From Candidatus Latescibacterota bacterium (GTDB lineage Bacteria > Latescibacterota > UBA2968): 64,000 bases of DNA. Location: contig OZ220741.1 in the NCBI GenBank assembly GCA_965116885.1, positions 384,001 through 448,000 on the forward strand, given 5' to 3'. The position numbers were made by a program, and so were the translations under genes. Below, in pieces: positions 1 to 9,084 of this stretch; within the stretch, counting starts at the first letter, position 1, and each line of letters opens with the position of its first letter. The notes below the pieces were generated by a model that was given only the letters and a program-made list of their open reading frames with translations, was not told the DNA's origin and made no database searches.

Positions 1-113
1 GAACATGCTTAGCATGGTGGCACATTGCTCAAGGCAATGTGGGCGGTGGAGCGGTGTACAAGTGCGCCAGCACTTCATCGACCAAAATCATCCGTTCACT
101 GACTACATAAAAC

Positions 114-142
114 TTGCATAAATCACTGTTTTTATGTATATT
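114..142 (+). promoter_or_regulatory. sigma70-type promoter of tnpB
   Basis: TTGCAT (114-119), 17 bp spacer, TATATT (137-142); expected +1 falls about at the ATG at 149. Confidence 0.65.
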
Positions 143-148
143 TACATT

Positions 149-1255
149 ATGGAATACTTAACATACAAATACAAAATGTATAGTCTCTGTGACCGCAATA
201 AGTATCTGCACTATGAGATAGACGCTTTTGCTCAGGTGTATAATCATTTCATTGCTTTGCATAAGCGATACTATCGGCGTTTTGGCAAGTATCCGAGTAA
301 GTTCACAATGATTAACCATTTGGCAAAGCTGAAAAGAACAGGACGATTTGCTCATTGGCGTTTGTTGCCGAGCCAGGCATTGCAAAATGTGATTGAGCGT
401 ATAGACTTTGGCTATCAGAAATTCTTTGCCAGAGACAACAAGCGTCCGCCTACTTTCAGGTCTCGCTTTCGGTATCAGTCCTATACACTCAAGCAAGCAG
501 GATACAAATTCCTTGCGCGTAACAAGGTGCGTATCGGCAAGCGTATATTTCGCTATCACAAAAGCAGAAAATTCGATTTAGATAGTATCAAAACGGTCAC
601 AATCAAACGGGACCGTGTAGGCGATTTGTGGCTATGTGTTGTTGCAAAGGCTAAAGGTATCAAGTCATTCATGATCAAGAACGGTAAAACCGCAGGTTTT
701 GATTTTGGCTTGAAAACATATCTAACAGCCTCAGATAACACACGGATACAATCGCCTTTGTTCTTCAATCGTAATTCGAGGAAAGTCAAAAAGGCGAATC
801 GCAATCTTTCTCGCAAGAAGAAAGGGAGCCATAACCGTCATAGGGCCAGAGTAAATCATGCCAGAGTGCATAGGCGCGTTGCTAATCAGCGCAGAGACTA
901 TCATTGGCGACTTGCCCATCAACTGTGTAAAGACTATGACGTAATGTATTTTGAAACGCTGAATATCGACGCCATGAAAGCGTTGTGGGGCAGAAAGATT
1001 AGCGATTTGGGCTTCTCGGACTTTTTGAACATTCTCAAGTATGTTGCCAAAAAGACGGGCAAGGTTGTCAAACAAATCGACAAATGGCTGCCCACGTCAA
1101 AGACATGCTCTGCTTGTGGCACAGTCAAAGAGGACCTCGAATTGCGAGAGAGAACATTCCATTGTTGCGCGTGTGGTCTTGAGATAGACAGAGACCTCAA
1201 CGCGGCGATAAACATTCACAGGTGGAGGCGTCCACCTATGGCGGAGGTAGCGTAA
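149..1255 (+). CDS. tnpB: IS200/IS605 family RNA-guided endonuclease TnpB
   Basis: N-terminal TYKYKMY...FAQVYN, RuvC-I GFDFGLK, RuvC-II YFETLN, zinc finger CSACG...CCACG, RuvC-III DRDLNAAINI; start placed at ATG 149 (ORF track opens at 134). Confidence 0.95.
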   Translation: MEYLTYKYKMYSLCDRNKYLHYEIDAFAQVYNHFIALHKRYYRRFGKYPSKFTMINHLAKLKRTGRFAHWRLLPSQALQNVIERIDFGYQKFFARDNKRPPTFRSRFRYQSYTLKQAGYKFLARNKVRIGKRIFRYHKSRKFDLDSIKTVTIKRDRVGDLWLCVVAKAKGIKSFMIKNGKTAGFDFGLKTYLTASDNTRIQSPLFFNRNSRKVKKANRNLSRKKKGSHNRHRARVNHARVHRRVANQRRDYHWRLAHQLCKDYDVMYFETLNIDAMKALWGRKISDLGFSDFLNILKYVAKKTGKVVKQIDKWLPTSKTCSACGTVKEDLELRERTFHCCACGLEIDRDLNAAINIHRWRRPPMAEVA

Positions 1256-1381
1256 GACTTGCCGAACTTCGGGAACGCAAGCAACTACTGTTGATCCCAC
1301 AATCCCTGCTGAAGCAACAAGATTTTAGAATCCCAATGCTTTAGCTTTGGGAGTACGTCAACATGCCAACGACACGCGAGT
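1200..1381 (+). ncRNA. putative TnpB omega/reRNA (scaffold to 1361, guide about 1362-1381)
   Basis: Position overlapping the tnpB 3' end and IS right end follows established TnpB biology; 5' boundary approximate. Confidence 0.55.
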
Positions 1382-1415
1382 AGAAAGCACCAAACTTTAC
1401 CCGAGAAATAATAAA

Positions 1416-3248
1416 ATGACCTGTGCAACACTCACTGCAAAAACGCGCCAACAACCACCCGACTGGGCCGTGCGCCAGCGCCAACTAATAGCGGTAATGG
1501 ACCGCGCTGCCCACCCTTTTGTCGAACACAGCACCCGGCCGGACGGCACCCTGATCCAGCGCACGGTGTGGACGAGCATGGACGGCACAGACAACGGCTA
1601 TGAGGCCTTCCTCTCCTTCCCCCTCTTCTACCTGCTGGGCGGCGGCGAGCACATCCACCGGATCGCCCGCAAAGAGTGGGACGCCATCACCTATCAATAC
1701 GCCAACTACGGCACAGTGGATCGGGAATTCGTCACCGGCTTCGACTGGTTCCACCACTCCGAGAGCTACACCTACATCTACTATCTGGCCATGGCCGACC
1801 CCGAGAACCACATCGACCGCACCCGCGCCCTGCGCTACGCCGCCATGTACACTGGCGAGGATCCACTGGCACCCAACTGGGATGCCCAGCACTGCATGAT
1901 CCGCTCGCCCCTCAACGGCAGCCAGGGACCGCGCTTTGTAACCACCCGGACCGATTGGGACTACCACCGCCCCATTCTCTCCGGATACCTCGCTCCGTAT
2001 GAAGACATAGAAGGTGCTGACCGTTCTGACCCACTCTTCAAGGTCGATTGGACCGACGACCGGGTCTTCGCCCGGGTGCTCGACCAGATCAATCAACGCA
2101 TGACCCGCGGCGACGTACCCCTCAACCTGTGTGCCACCAGCCTGATCACCAACGCGTACCTCTACACAGGCGAAGACAAGTACCGGCAGTGGGTACTGGA
2201 TTATTTGCAAGCCTGGGAAGCGCGCTGCGCCACCAATGATGGCATCATGCCCGACAATATCGGTCCCAACGGCATCATCGGCGAGTTAATGGGCGGAAAG
2301 TGGTGGGGCGGGTACTACGGCTGGCGCTGGCCGCACGGGGCGCGCAATATCGTCGAGCCAGCCCTCGTCGCTGGCAGTTGCGCCCTGCTCATGACCGGCG
2401 ACATGTCGCATCTGGACCTGGCCCGCTCACAACTCGATATGCTCTGGGAAAACCGACGCGAGGAGAACAGCCAGATCCAGGTGCCAGCACGGCACGGCGA
2501 CCGCGGCTGGTTCGACTTCCGCCCACCCGATCCCCATTTGTACATCCACCTGTATTACCTGAGCCAGAGCGCCGAGGATCTGGCCCGTCTCGACGAGGTC
2601 TTCCCGGGACGCAAGGGCTTTGCGGGTCTGCCACCCGACTGGGGTGCTGCCAAGGCCGGCATCTGCCCCCCAAAAGCCTGGTTCGCCTTTACCGAAGGCA
2701 AAAATCCCGACTACCTCAACCAGGTCTTCGACTCGACCTATTCCAGCATCTGCCGCAGCCTGGAGCGTTTGGAAAGCGATGACAGCGACCCGGAAACGCG
2801 CGAATGCTACCACTTCCAGAAACTCAATCCAGTGCTGCCCGAAGCCCTCATTCAAATGGCCATGGGCACGCCCGCGGCCATATACAACGGCGGCATGCTG
2901 CAGGCCCACCTGCGCTATTTCGACCCGCAACACCACCGCCCGGGACTGCCCAAACACGTCGCGGCACTGGTTGATCGGGTCAGCGCCGACCAGGTCAGCG
3001 TATCGCTGGTAAATACCGATCCGGTGGAGAGCCGAGCCGTACTGCTCCAGGCCGGTTCCTTTGGCGAGCACTGCTTTACCCGTACCCACCTCGAAACCCG
3101 TGAGGGCGATGACCAATCCGTCGAGGTGAAAGGCAAATATCTTCGGATAAATCTGGGTCCAGGTGCTCAGGCACGCCTGCACATTGGACTGAAGCGCTTT
3201 GCCTTCCAGCCCTCCTACGCCCTCCCGCCTTTTGCAGACCTTTTCTGA
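1416..3248 (+). CDS. conserved hypothetical protein, about 610 aa, Trp/Tyr-rich, possible glycoside hydrolase/lyase-like fold
   Basis: Long ORF with strong GC3 bias; motifs GFDWFHHSE and KWWGGYYGWRWPHG; ATG at 1416. Confidence 0.75.
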   Translation: MTCATLTAKTRQQPPDWAVRQRQLIAVMDRAAHPFVEHSTRPDGTLIQRTVWTSMDGTDNGYEAFLSFPLFYLLGGGEHIHRIARKEWDAITYQYANYGTVDREFVTGFDWFHHSESYTYIYYLAMADPENHIDRTRALRYAAMYTGEDPLAPNWDAQHCMIRSPLNGSQGPRFVTTRTDWDYHRPILSGYLAPYEDIEGADRSDPLFKVDWTDDRVFARVLDQINQRMTRGDVPLNLCATSLITNAYLYTGEDKYRQWVLDYLQAWEARCATNDGIMPDNIGPNGIIGELMGGKWWGGYYGWRWPHGARNIVEPALVAGSCALLMTGDMSHLDLARSQLDMLWENRREENSQIQVPARHGDRGWFDFRPPDPHLYIHLYYLSQSAEDLARLDEVFPGRKGFAGLPPDWGAAKAGICPPKAWFAFTEGKNPDYLNQVFDSTYSSICRSLERLESDDSDPETRECYHFQKLNPVLPEALIQMAMGTPAAIYNGGMLQAHLRYFDPQHHRPGLPKHVAALVDRVSADQVSVSLVNTDPVESRAVLLQAGSFGEHCFTRTHLETREGDDQSVEVKGKYLRINLGPGAQARLHIGLKRFAFQPSYALPPFADLF

Positions 3249-3327
3249 GGAAAACAGCGAGATAGGGAAACGGGATTCGGAATGTTTCCCCATTTTGGAA
3301 ATAAGGACTATTTCAACACAGCACCTG

Positions 3328-4101
3328 TCAGGTAGAGTCCGGAGCAATCACATTGGGCCGACTGCCAACCGCCGGGGCACCCATAATCCGTCGTTGCTGT
3401 GGCGTAGGATCGAAATAGTTCGCCGGGTCGTAGGACGCCTGATGGTTGGCCATGTGTCCCGGATTGAATTTGTAGAGAAAGGCGCGCCGTTCGTGGGTAC
3501 CGCGCCAACCCTTCGTTCCGTGGGTCAAAGCCTCGGTAAAAATAACCGCATCGCCTGCATCCACCTCGGGCTGTACCACATAGGGCGGCACCCTCTTCAG
3601 CGAGCGCACATCCTCAGGCAGGTTCTCGGAGAAATTGCCCTTGTGGCTACCCGGAATACATACAAACCCACCATCTCCTGTCCCGGCTGGAGCCAGCATA
3701 AAAGTCACGACAGTTAGCCCCGTCCGCACCTGCCCATCCAGATAGTGAAAATATCGATGCGTCCCCAGTTCCGGCAGACCGTGTAGATTCCCGCTATCGC
3801 TACCAGCGTTCATAAACATGGCATAATCGTGGTCAATGCGAAATTTGGGACCGAGAAACTCCGCCAGAACCGGCACAATTCTCGGGTGATCGATCAACCG
3901 CTGGCAAGCTGTATCCCAACGGGAGACATAGCGGACATTGCGAATGCCGCGGCGCCCCTTGGAATCATTGCCATCCGAGTAATCCCTGGGATACACCCGA
4001 TCCGAGACCTCATTAAGCTCATCCACCTCCTCCTGTGTCAGCACGCCGCGGAGCACCAGATAGCCCTGCAGGTCGAACAGGTATCTCTCTTCGTCAGTCA
4101 T
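3328..4101 (-). CDS. phytanoyl-CoA dioxygenase (PhyH) family protein
   Basis: YLFDLQGYLVLRGVL, GGFVCIPGSHK, GDAVIFTEALTHG. Confidence 0.85.
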   Translation of the reverse strand: MTDEERYLFDLQGYLVLRGVLTQEEVDELNEVSDRVYPRDYSDGNDSKGRRGIRNVRYVSRWDTACQRLIDHPRIVPVLAEFLGPKFRIDHDYAMFMNAGSDSGNLHGLPELGTHRYFHYLDGQVRTGLTVVTFMLAPAGTGDGGFVCIPGSHKGNFSENLPEDVRSLKRVPPYVVQPEVDAGDAVIFTEALTHGTKGWRGTHERRAFLYKFNPGHMANHQASYDPANYFDPTPQQRRIMGAPAVGSRPNVIAPDST

Positions 4102-4111
4102 ACAATACCCC

Positions 4112-4873
4112 TCATTTATACTTCGCCCGGTATTCCGGCAGAGAACCATCGTCCTCCGGCTCGAACCCTATCAGCTCCCGCGCATTGGACAAATCCCACT
4201 TCTCCTCACCACCTTGAGACACCCCGTAGAAAATCTCAAACTTCAAATCCTCTGCCTCAATACACCGCCAGGTCATCTGAGCGATATCTCGAGGGCTAAA
4301 CCAGCGGGACTGCCCCGGCTCATAATCCCGCCCTGGTTCATCCAGCCCGTTGAAATTGGCGATCCGCAAACAGAACACCCGGATCCCGTACTGATCGGCG
4401 TAAAACCGACCCAGAGCCTCTCCAAACGCCTTGCCAGCCCCGTAAATCCCGTCCGGACGCACGGGTTTGTCCGGCACCGAACGAATGCCCTCCTTCTCAT
4501 TTATACCAGTCACATGATTCGTACTCGCATAGACCACCGTTGACACCCGATTAATCCGCGCTGCCTCGTAGATATTGTACGTCCCCTTCATATCCACATC
4601 AAACGTCACCTGTGCCCTCTGTGCATTCGGCATCCCCTGCCAGGTTCTAAAAAGAGCCAGATGGGCAATTGCATCCACCCCGGCGGCGGCCTCCACCATA
4701 GCCTCAAAATTGGAAATATCCGAAACCACCACCTCGTCCTTCTCATCCACATCGTCTGGAATCTGAGAGTGAAACATCAACCGAAAATCGTACCGGTTCC
4801 GCAAATGCTTTCGCAGCGCCGTCCCAATCTTGCCCGCTGCCCCCGTAATCAACAACTTCTTGCGTTCCGACAT
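4112..4873 (-). CDS. NAD-dependent epimerase/dehydratase (uronate dehydrogenase-like)
   Basis: ITGAAGKIG Rossmann motif, YASTNHV, YGAGK. Confidence 0.85.
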   Translation of the reverse strand: MSERKKLLITGAAGKIGTALRKHLRNRYDFRLMFHSQIPDDVDEKDEVVVSDISNFEAMVEAAAGVDAIAHLALFRTWQGMPNAQRAQVTFDVDMKGTYNIYEAARINRVSTVVYASTNHVTGINEKEGIRSVPDKPVRPDGIYGAGKAFGEALGRFYADQYGIRVFCLRIANFNGLDEPGRDYEPGQSRWFSPRDIAQMTWRCIEAEDLKFEIFYGVSQGGEEKWDLSNARELIGFEPEDDGSLPEYRAKYK

Positions 4874-5052
4874 ATCGAATAATCCTTCTCAAATTAGTAT
4901 TAAAAAATAGTAGCGGCCTCATCTCCTAAAGTCGCAATCCCAAAAAAATAAATCAAGCAGAAACCAAATCGGAAGCGATCATTTTTTGATTGCCCCCGGA
5001 TTCACATCCAATTTTCTTATTCTCAGAACTTCTTTCCCGAAAGGCGGACACC

Positions 5053-7044
5053 GTGAACACACAAAGACATCCCGACCACGCAAAAGTACAGGCTCAATAC
5101 GTGGCCTACCTGCGGGAAAAACTGGTACAACTCCCCGAAAAGCGGATCGGCGATACCTTCCCCCGCACTCGAGAAGAATGGGAAACCCACGCCGCCAAAC
5201 TGCGCCCCATCCTCCGCACAATTTTCGACTTTCCCGAAACCAGCGGACCCCTCTGTCCTCGCACAGTCGGGAAAATCGAAAGAGACGACTTCACCATCGA
5301 AAAAGTCATCTACGACGCCGAACCGGGATCCTCTGTACCCGCCCACCTCTTCCTGCCAAAAGGCGTAACCTTTCCGGTCCCTGCCCTCATCTTCCCCAGC
5401 GGACACGGCGGAAGCAAAAGCGCGTTCTACAACCACTACGCGGGCCAGATCTACGCCAAAGCGGGCATCATCTGCCTGATCCCCGACCCGGTGGGCGAAG
5501 AAGAACGGGACGAAGAAAACCGCCCGGGAATACGCGGTCACCGTCTGGACTTCAGAATTGACCGGTGCTTTGAAGTGGGCCGCTCGGTCATCGGCAAAAT
5601 GACCTACGACATCACCCGCGGCATCGACTACCTCTGTATCCGTCCCGAAGTAGATACCGATCGAATCGGCTGTGTGGGCCACTCTCTCGGCTGCACCATC
5701 ACCATGAACGTCCTATGCACGGACAACCGCCTGGCCCTCAGCCTACCCGCCTCCTGGGTAACCCATTTCGACTACATCATCGGCGACCTGAGTTGCGAAT
5801 GGCGTCCCTATCGCCTCAAGCACTATGTCGATATGCCGGAACAAATCGCGATGGGTGCCCCCCGGTGTGCCACGCTCATCCTCGCCGGAGAATGGGACTA
5901 TCCTCCCCATGCGTATCGTGGACTACTGGAAACCTGCCGACAAGTACAACGGGTCTATGACATTTGCGACGCTGCAGACCGGTTCGACATCGACATCACC
6001 CCAAAAGGCGGCCACCGGCCCTACTTCCTCAACAAACCCGCCTTCGCCTGGGTGGAAAAGCACCTGGACATGCCGAAATTCGACGCAGAAGCAATAAAGC
6101 AACTACCAGAAGTCTATCTGGGAGACTGGACAGATGCCCACGGAATCGACATCGAATCGGGCTATAAGAGCCACAAACACTACGCGGGAACCGCGGTCAT
6201 CGATCTAAATGTGGCACCAGTACCGACCGACGAACTCACCTGCTTGCCGCCGAAAGGCTATGAAGCACCGGAATTTGCGATGCGGGGATGGGTAGCATCC
6301 ATCTTGAAAGAATTACCACCCGAGTTGGACATACCCCAAAAACTGGAAAACTGGAAACGCGAGCGGATAGCCCTGCGGGAATCCGTGGCAAAAGTCCTCG
6401 CAGTACCCGAAAACAGACCGAATATCTCCCCCGAAACCATCCGAACATTCGAAGAAAATGAATTTACTGCAGAAGAAATTCGCTACGGCGTCCTCGGGCT
6501 CTCATCCTTTCTATTAACCCCAAAGAATGCATCGGGAAAAACAGCCCTCTATCTCCACCAGAGCCGTACCAAACAGGGCGCCCTGCAAACAGGCGAAGTA
6601 CAGCACCTGATAGCTTCTGGCACAACCGTCCTCGCCCTGGATTGTGTCGGCATGGACGACAGCGGCATGCTATTGGGAGAACCATCGACAACGGCCAACG
6701 TACAGCACGTAATCGAAGCACTGGACCTCCTGAAACAGAGGGATATTCATCAAGCAACCTGCTATGGATACATCGATGACATCGCCCTGTACGCGGCGAT
6801 CCTGGACAACCGAATATCCGAAATCATCCTCGGCGCCAGAGGGGGAACTGAGCCGCACCACCAGCAGCGCTACCGGCAGGAAGGCGTCGTACCCTACATC
6901 TCCCGACATATCGGACGACCGGGACTCCTCTCACTCCTTGCCCCCCGGCCACTCACCGTAAAAATTGTAGAAAGAGAATTGGATCAGGTACAGAAAGTCT
7001 ATAGCCTGTATGGCGCAGAAAACAGGCTCAGAATCGTAGAATGA
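5053..7044 (+). CDS. alpha/beta hydrolase, acetyl-xylan-esterase-like, two-domain
   Basis: VPAHLFLP, SGHGGSK, RIGCVGHSLG nucleophile elbow; GTG start at 5053 inferred. Confidence 0.8.
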   Translation: MNTQRHPDHAKVQAQYVAYLREKLVQLPEKRIGDTFPRTREEWETHAAKLRPILRTIFDFPETSGPLCPRTVGKIERDDFTIEKVIYDAEPGSSVPAHLFLPKGVTFPVPALIFPSGHGGSKSAFYNHYAGQIYAKAGIICLIPDPVGEEERDEENRPGIRGHRLDFRIDRCFEVGRSVIGKMTYDITRGIDYLCIRPEVDTDRIGCVGHSLGCTITMNVLCTDNRLALSLPASWVTHFDYIIGDLSCEWRPYRLKHYVDMPEQIAMGAPRCATLILAGEWDYPPHAYRGLLETCRQVQRVYDICDAADRFDIDITPKGGHRPYFLNKPAFAWVEKHLDMPKFDAEAIKQLPEVYLGDWTDAHGIDIESGYKSHKHYAGTAVIDLNVAPVPTDELTCLPPKGYEAPEFAMRGWVASILKELPPELDIPQKLENWKRERIALRESVAKVLAVPENRPNISPETIRTFEENEFTAEEIRYGVLGLSSFLLTPKNASGKTALYLHQSRTKQGALQTGEVQHLIASGTTVLALDCVGMDDSGMLLGEPSTTANVQHVIEALDLLKQRDIHQATCYGYIDDIALYAAILDNRISEIILGARGGTEPHHQQRYRQEGVVPYISRHIGRPGLLSLLAPRPLTVKIVERELDQVQKVYSLYGAENRLRIVE

Positions 7045-7060
7045 GAACGCACGCCCTCTA

Positions 7061-7897
7061 CTACGCGGAAAAACTGGCCCAATTTTCTTCAACACGCGAA
7101 ATATCCGTTCGGCCACAAAAAACAAACAACCGATACTCACTCGCGGTCGTCTCTCCCTGTGCCAGCGTCCAGGGACCAGCAATACAGCGGCTGGGCACAA
7201 TGCCGAGTTGCCCGTCAACCCGCCAGGGATTGGGGTGTTCGGGATTGGAGGGATGATCCATCATCGCAATGCCTGCCCAGTCGGCGCGCCCCTCGATGGG
7301 AATGGAGACAGAAACCCATTGTGCGCGTTGTCCTTCAGCGTCGCGATTGATCTGGCCCTCACTGTTAATGGCCTCGCCTCCAAGGTCTCTTTTATAGGGC
7401 ATACGAAGAAAGAGACCGCCATAGGCGTATTCTCCAAAGGTAAGATCAATTGATGCGGAGAGAGACCAGGTGATATCGATATCGTACGTATCGCCCTGAT
7501 CGTTGAAAGTCCATGCCTGTATTTCGGTGAGCATAGGCGCACCATTGGGATCTCGCCATTCGCTGGTAACAGTCCAGGTAGCAGTGTTATTATGCACACC
7601 TGCATTGCTAATCGGTTCGGGGTGAAAAGTCCCATCCTGATCTTTGCGCCGCTCCTGTAGTCCCTCTGTCCAGAACCCAACCCCGTTGACCTCGTTGAGA
7701 CCCACATAAAGACCGTGCTGCCAGGGATGGTGCGAGGGGGTGTCCTCGGTGAGAATACCATTGCCATCGGGCGCCACAATGGGGTGAATATAGGCGCGGG
7801 TATCGGCTTTGGCGCGCTGAACGAGAATGGGATCTTTTTGTCCGCTGCGGAATATTTCAACGCGATCTGGTGTCGCCTTTTGTTTGAGCTCAGTCAT
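7061..7897 (-). CDS. PmoA-like (PF14100/DUF6807-type) beta-sandwich protein; not a methane monooxygenase call
   Basis: YIHP..., HHPWQHGL, YGGLFLRM, DHPSNPEHPNPW motifs. Confidence 0.7.
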   Translation of the reverse strand: MTELKQKATPDRVEIFRSGQKDPILVQRAKADTRAYIHPIVAPDGNGILTEDTPSHHPWQHGLYVGLNEVNGVGFWTEGLQERRKDQDGTFHPEPISNAGVHNNTATWTVTSEWRDPNGAPMLTEIQAWTFNDQGDTYDIDITWSLSASIDLTFGEYAYGGLFLRMPYKRDLGGEAINSEGQINRDAEGQRAQWVSVSIPIEGRADWAGIAMMDHPSNPEHPNPWRVDGQLGIVPSRCIAGPWTLAQGETTASEYRLFVFCGRTDISRVEENWASFSA

Positions 7898-7940
7898 AGT
7901 TCTCCTCGGATTCAATTCAGATTTTGGAAAACGCGAACTT

Positions 7941-8543
7941 CTATGGCCTTTCGGGCAAATCAACACCCGCAAACCCCGCCAGTTGCGCGACCATGCGATA
8001 GGTCAGCCCCCACAGCACGGGGCGATTGGCACCGAGCAAATCAATAGCCGGCATATTGTGCCAACCTTCGAGATTGAGCGTTTGCCACCGCGCGGAATCG
8101 GCGAAATGTGCAAAAGGCGTCCAGAAAACATCGCGCACCTCGTCATTGGGCACAACCTCAACGCCTTCAAAAATCGCATAAACAAAACAGGCCACCTGGA
8201 TGGGCAGCGTCGCACCCGCGACATCGTCCAGACGACCGAGATACTCCGCGTTGCTCAAATCGAGACCGAGTTCCTCGCGCGTCTCGCGCTCAGCCGTGTA
8301 TTTGAGATCCGGATCATCGGATTCGGCTGTGCCACCGGGAAAAGCGATATGCCCCGACCAGGGGTCCCTGGGGTGTGCGGCACGCTCGATAAAAAGAAGA
8401 TAGAGACCATCCCGTCGCGGATGAAAAACCGCAGCAACAGCCGCCTGCGTCTTATTCGTCTCCGAACAAATACTGGGCTGATACGCCGACAGAGATGTCG
8501 CAATCCTTTGAAAGATATTCATAAGTTCCGCACCCGCCGTCAC
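7941..8543 (-). CDS. Nudix hydrolase, CoA pyrophosphatase family
   Basis: WSGHIAFPGG...TAERETREELG Nudix box, LWGLT. Confidence 0.9.
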   Translation of the reverse strand: MTAGAELMNIFQRIATSLSAYQPSICSETNKTQAAVAAVFHPRRDGLYLLFIERAAHPRDPWSGHIAFPGGTAESDDPDLKYTAERETREELGLDLSNAEYLGRLDDVAGATLPIQVACFVYAIFEGVEVVPNDEVRDVFWTPFAHFADSARWQTLNLEGWHNMPAIDLLGANRPVLWGLTYRMVAQLAGFAGVDLPERP

Positions 8544-9055
8544 GTCAACTCACTCATCCGAAACAGCGCGCGAAGTTCAATACCCTCTTTGGCGAGATTC
8601 TCTGTGCCACCGGACTCGCGGTCAATCACACATATCGCCTGTGAAACGCGCGCGCCCAGATTGCGAAGGTCCCGAGTGGAAAGAACAACTTGCCCGCCAG
8701 AAGTGACCACATCTTCAACAACCAGCAGATTCTTGCCAGATATATCAACACCCTCGGCGAGTTTACAAGTACCATAAGTCTTGGCCTCTTTTCGCACAAA
8801 ACACGTGGGCAGCCCGGACAACTGAGAAAGCATAGTCGCAAGAGGCACGCCACCGAGTTCGAGACCTGCGAGAACATCTGTATTGTCGGGAATCAGAGGC
8901 TGGAGATGCGCAGCGAGTTCGCATAGAAGTTCGGGACGAGTTTCAAACTGATACTTATCGAAATACTCTGTCGCAATCGCACCAGAGCGCAACGTAAACT
9001 GTCCGGTCAAATGAGAAGTCTGATAAATGCGATGCGCGAGTTCAGATCGGGTCAT
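8540..9055 (-). CDS. pyrE: orotate phosphoribosyltransferase
   Basis: GQFTLRSG, YFDKY, VRKEAKTYG, VVEDVVTSGG PRPP motif. Confidence 0.92.
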   Translation of the reverse strand: MTRSELAHRIYQTSHLTGQFTLRSGAIATEYFDKYQFETRPELLCELAAHLQPLIPDNTDVLAGLELGGVPLATMLSQLSGLPTCFVRKEAKTYGTCKLAEGVDISGKNLLVVEDVVTSGGQVVLSTRDLRNLGARVSQAICVIDRESGGTENLAKEGIELRALFRMSELT

Positions 9056-9084
9056 CGTGGTCCCTCCAGTGTTTCAGTAAAATA

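Larger units (their letters stand above)
114..1361 (+). mobile_element. IS605/IS1341-type element (tnpB only in window; left end not defined)
   Basis: tnpB followed by subterminal hairpin TCCCAA-tgctttagct-TTGGGA (1331-1352) and terminal TCAA at 1358-1361. Confidence 0.75.

Noticed and set aside
21..41. CACATTGC-N5-GCAATGTG hairpin as the IS left end
   Set aside because: Not similar to the right-end hairpin and context is cut by the window edge.
149..1255. tnpB as Cas12f or nuclease-dead TldR
   Set aside because: No array, IS right end present, and all three RuvC acidic residues retained.
1347..1415. N-terminal extensions from the ORF track (also 10627-10803, 34030-34317, 38814-38987, 57573-57755)
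   Set aside because: They run through IS ends, repeats or neighbouring genes; downstream starts fit better, mostly with an RBS or signal peptide.
7061..7897. Particulate methane monooxygenase subunit
   Set aside because: Soluble beta-rich protein without TM helices; no pmoB/pmoC; the family name is misleading.
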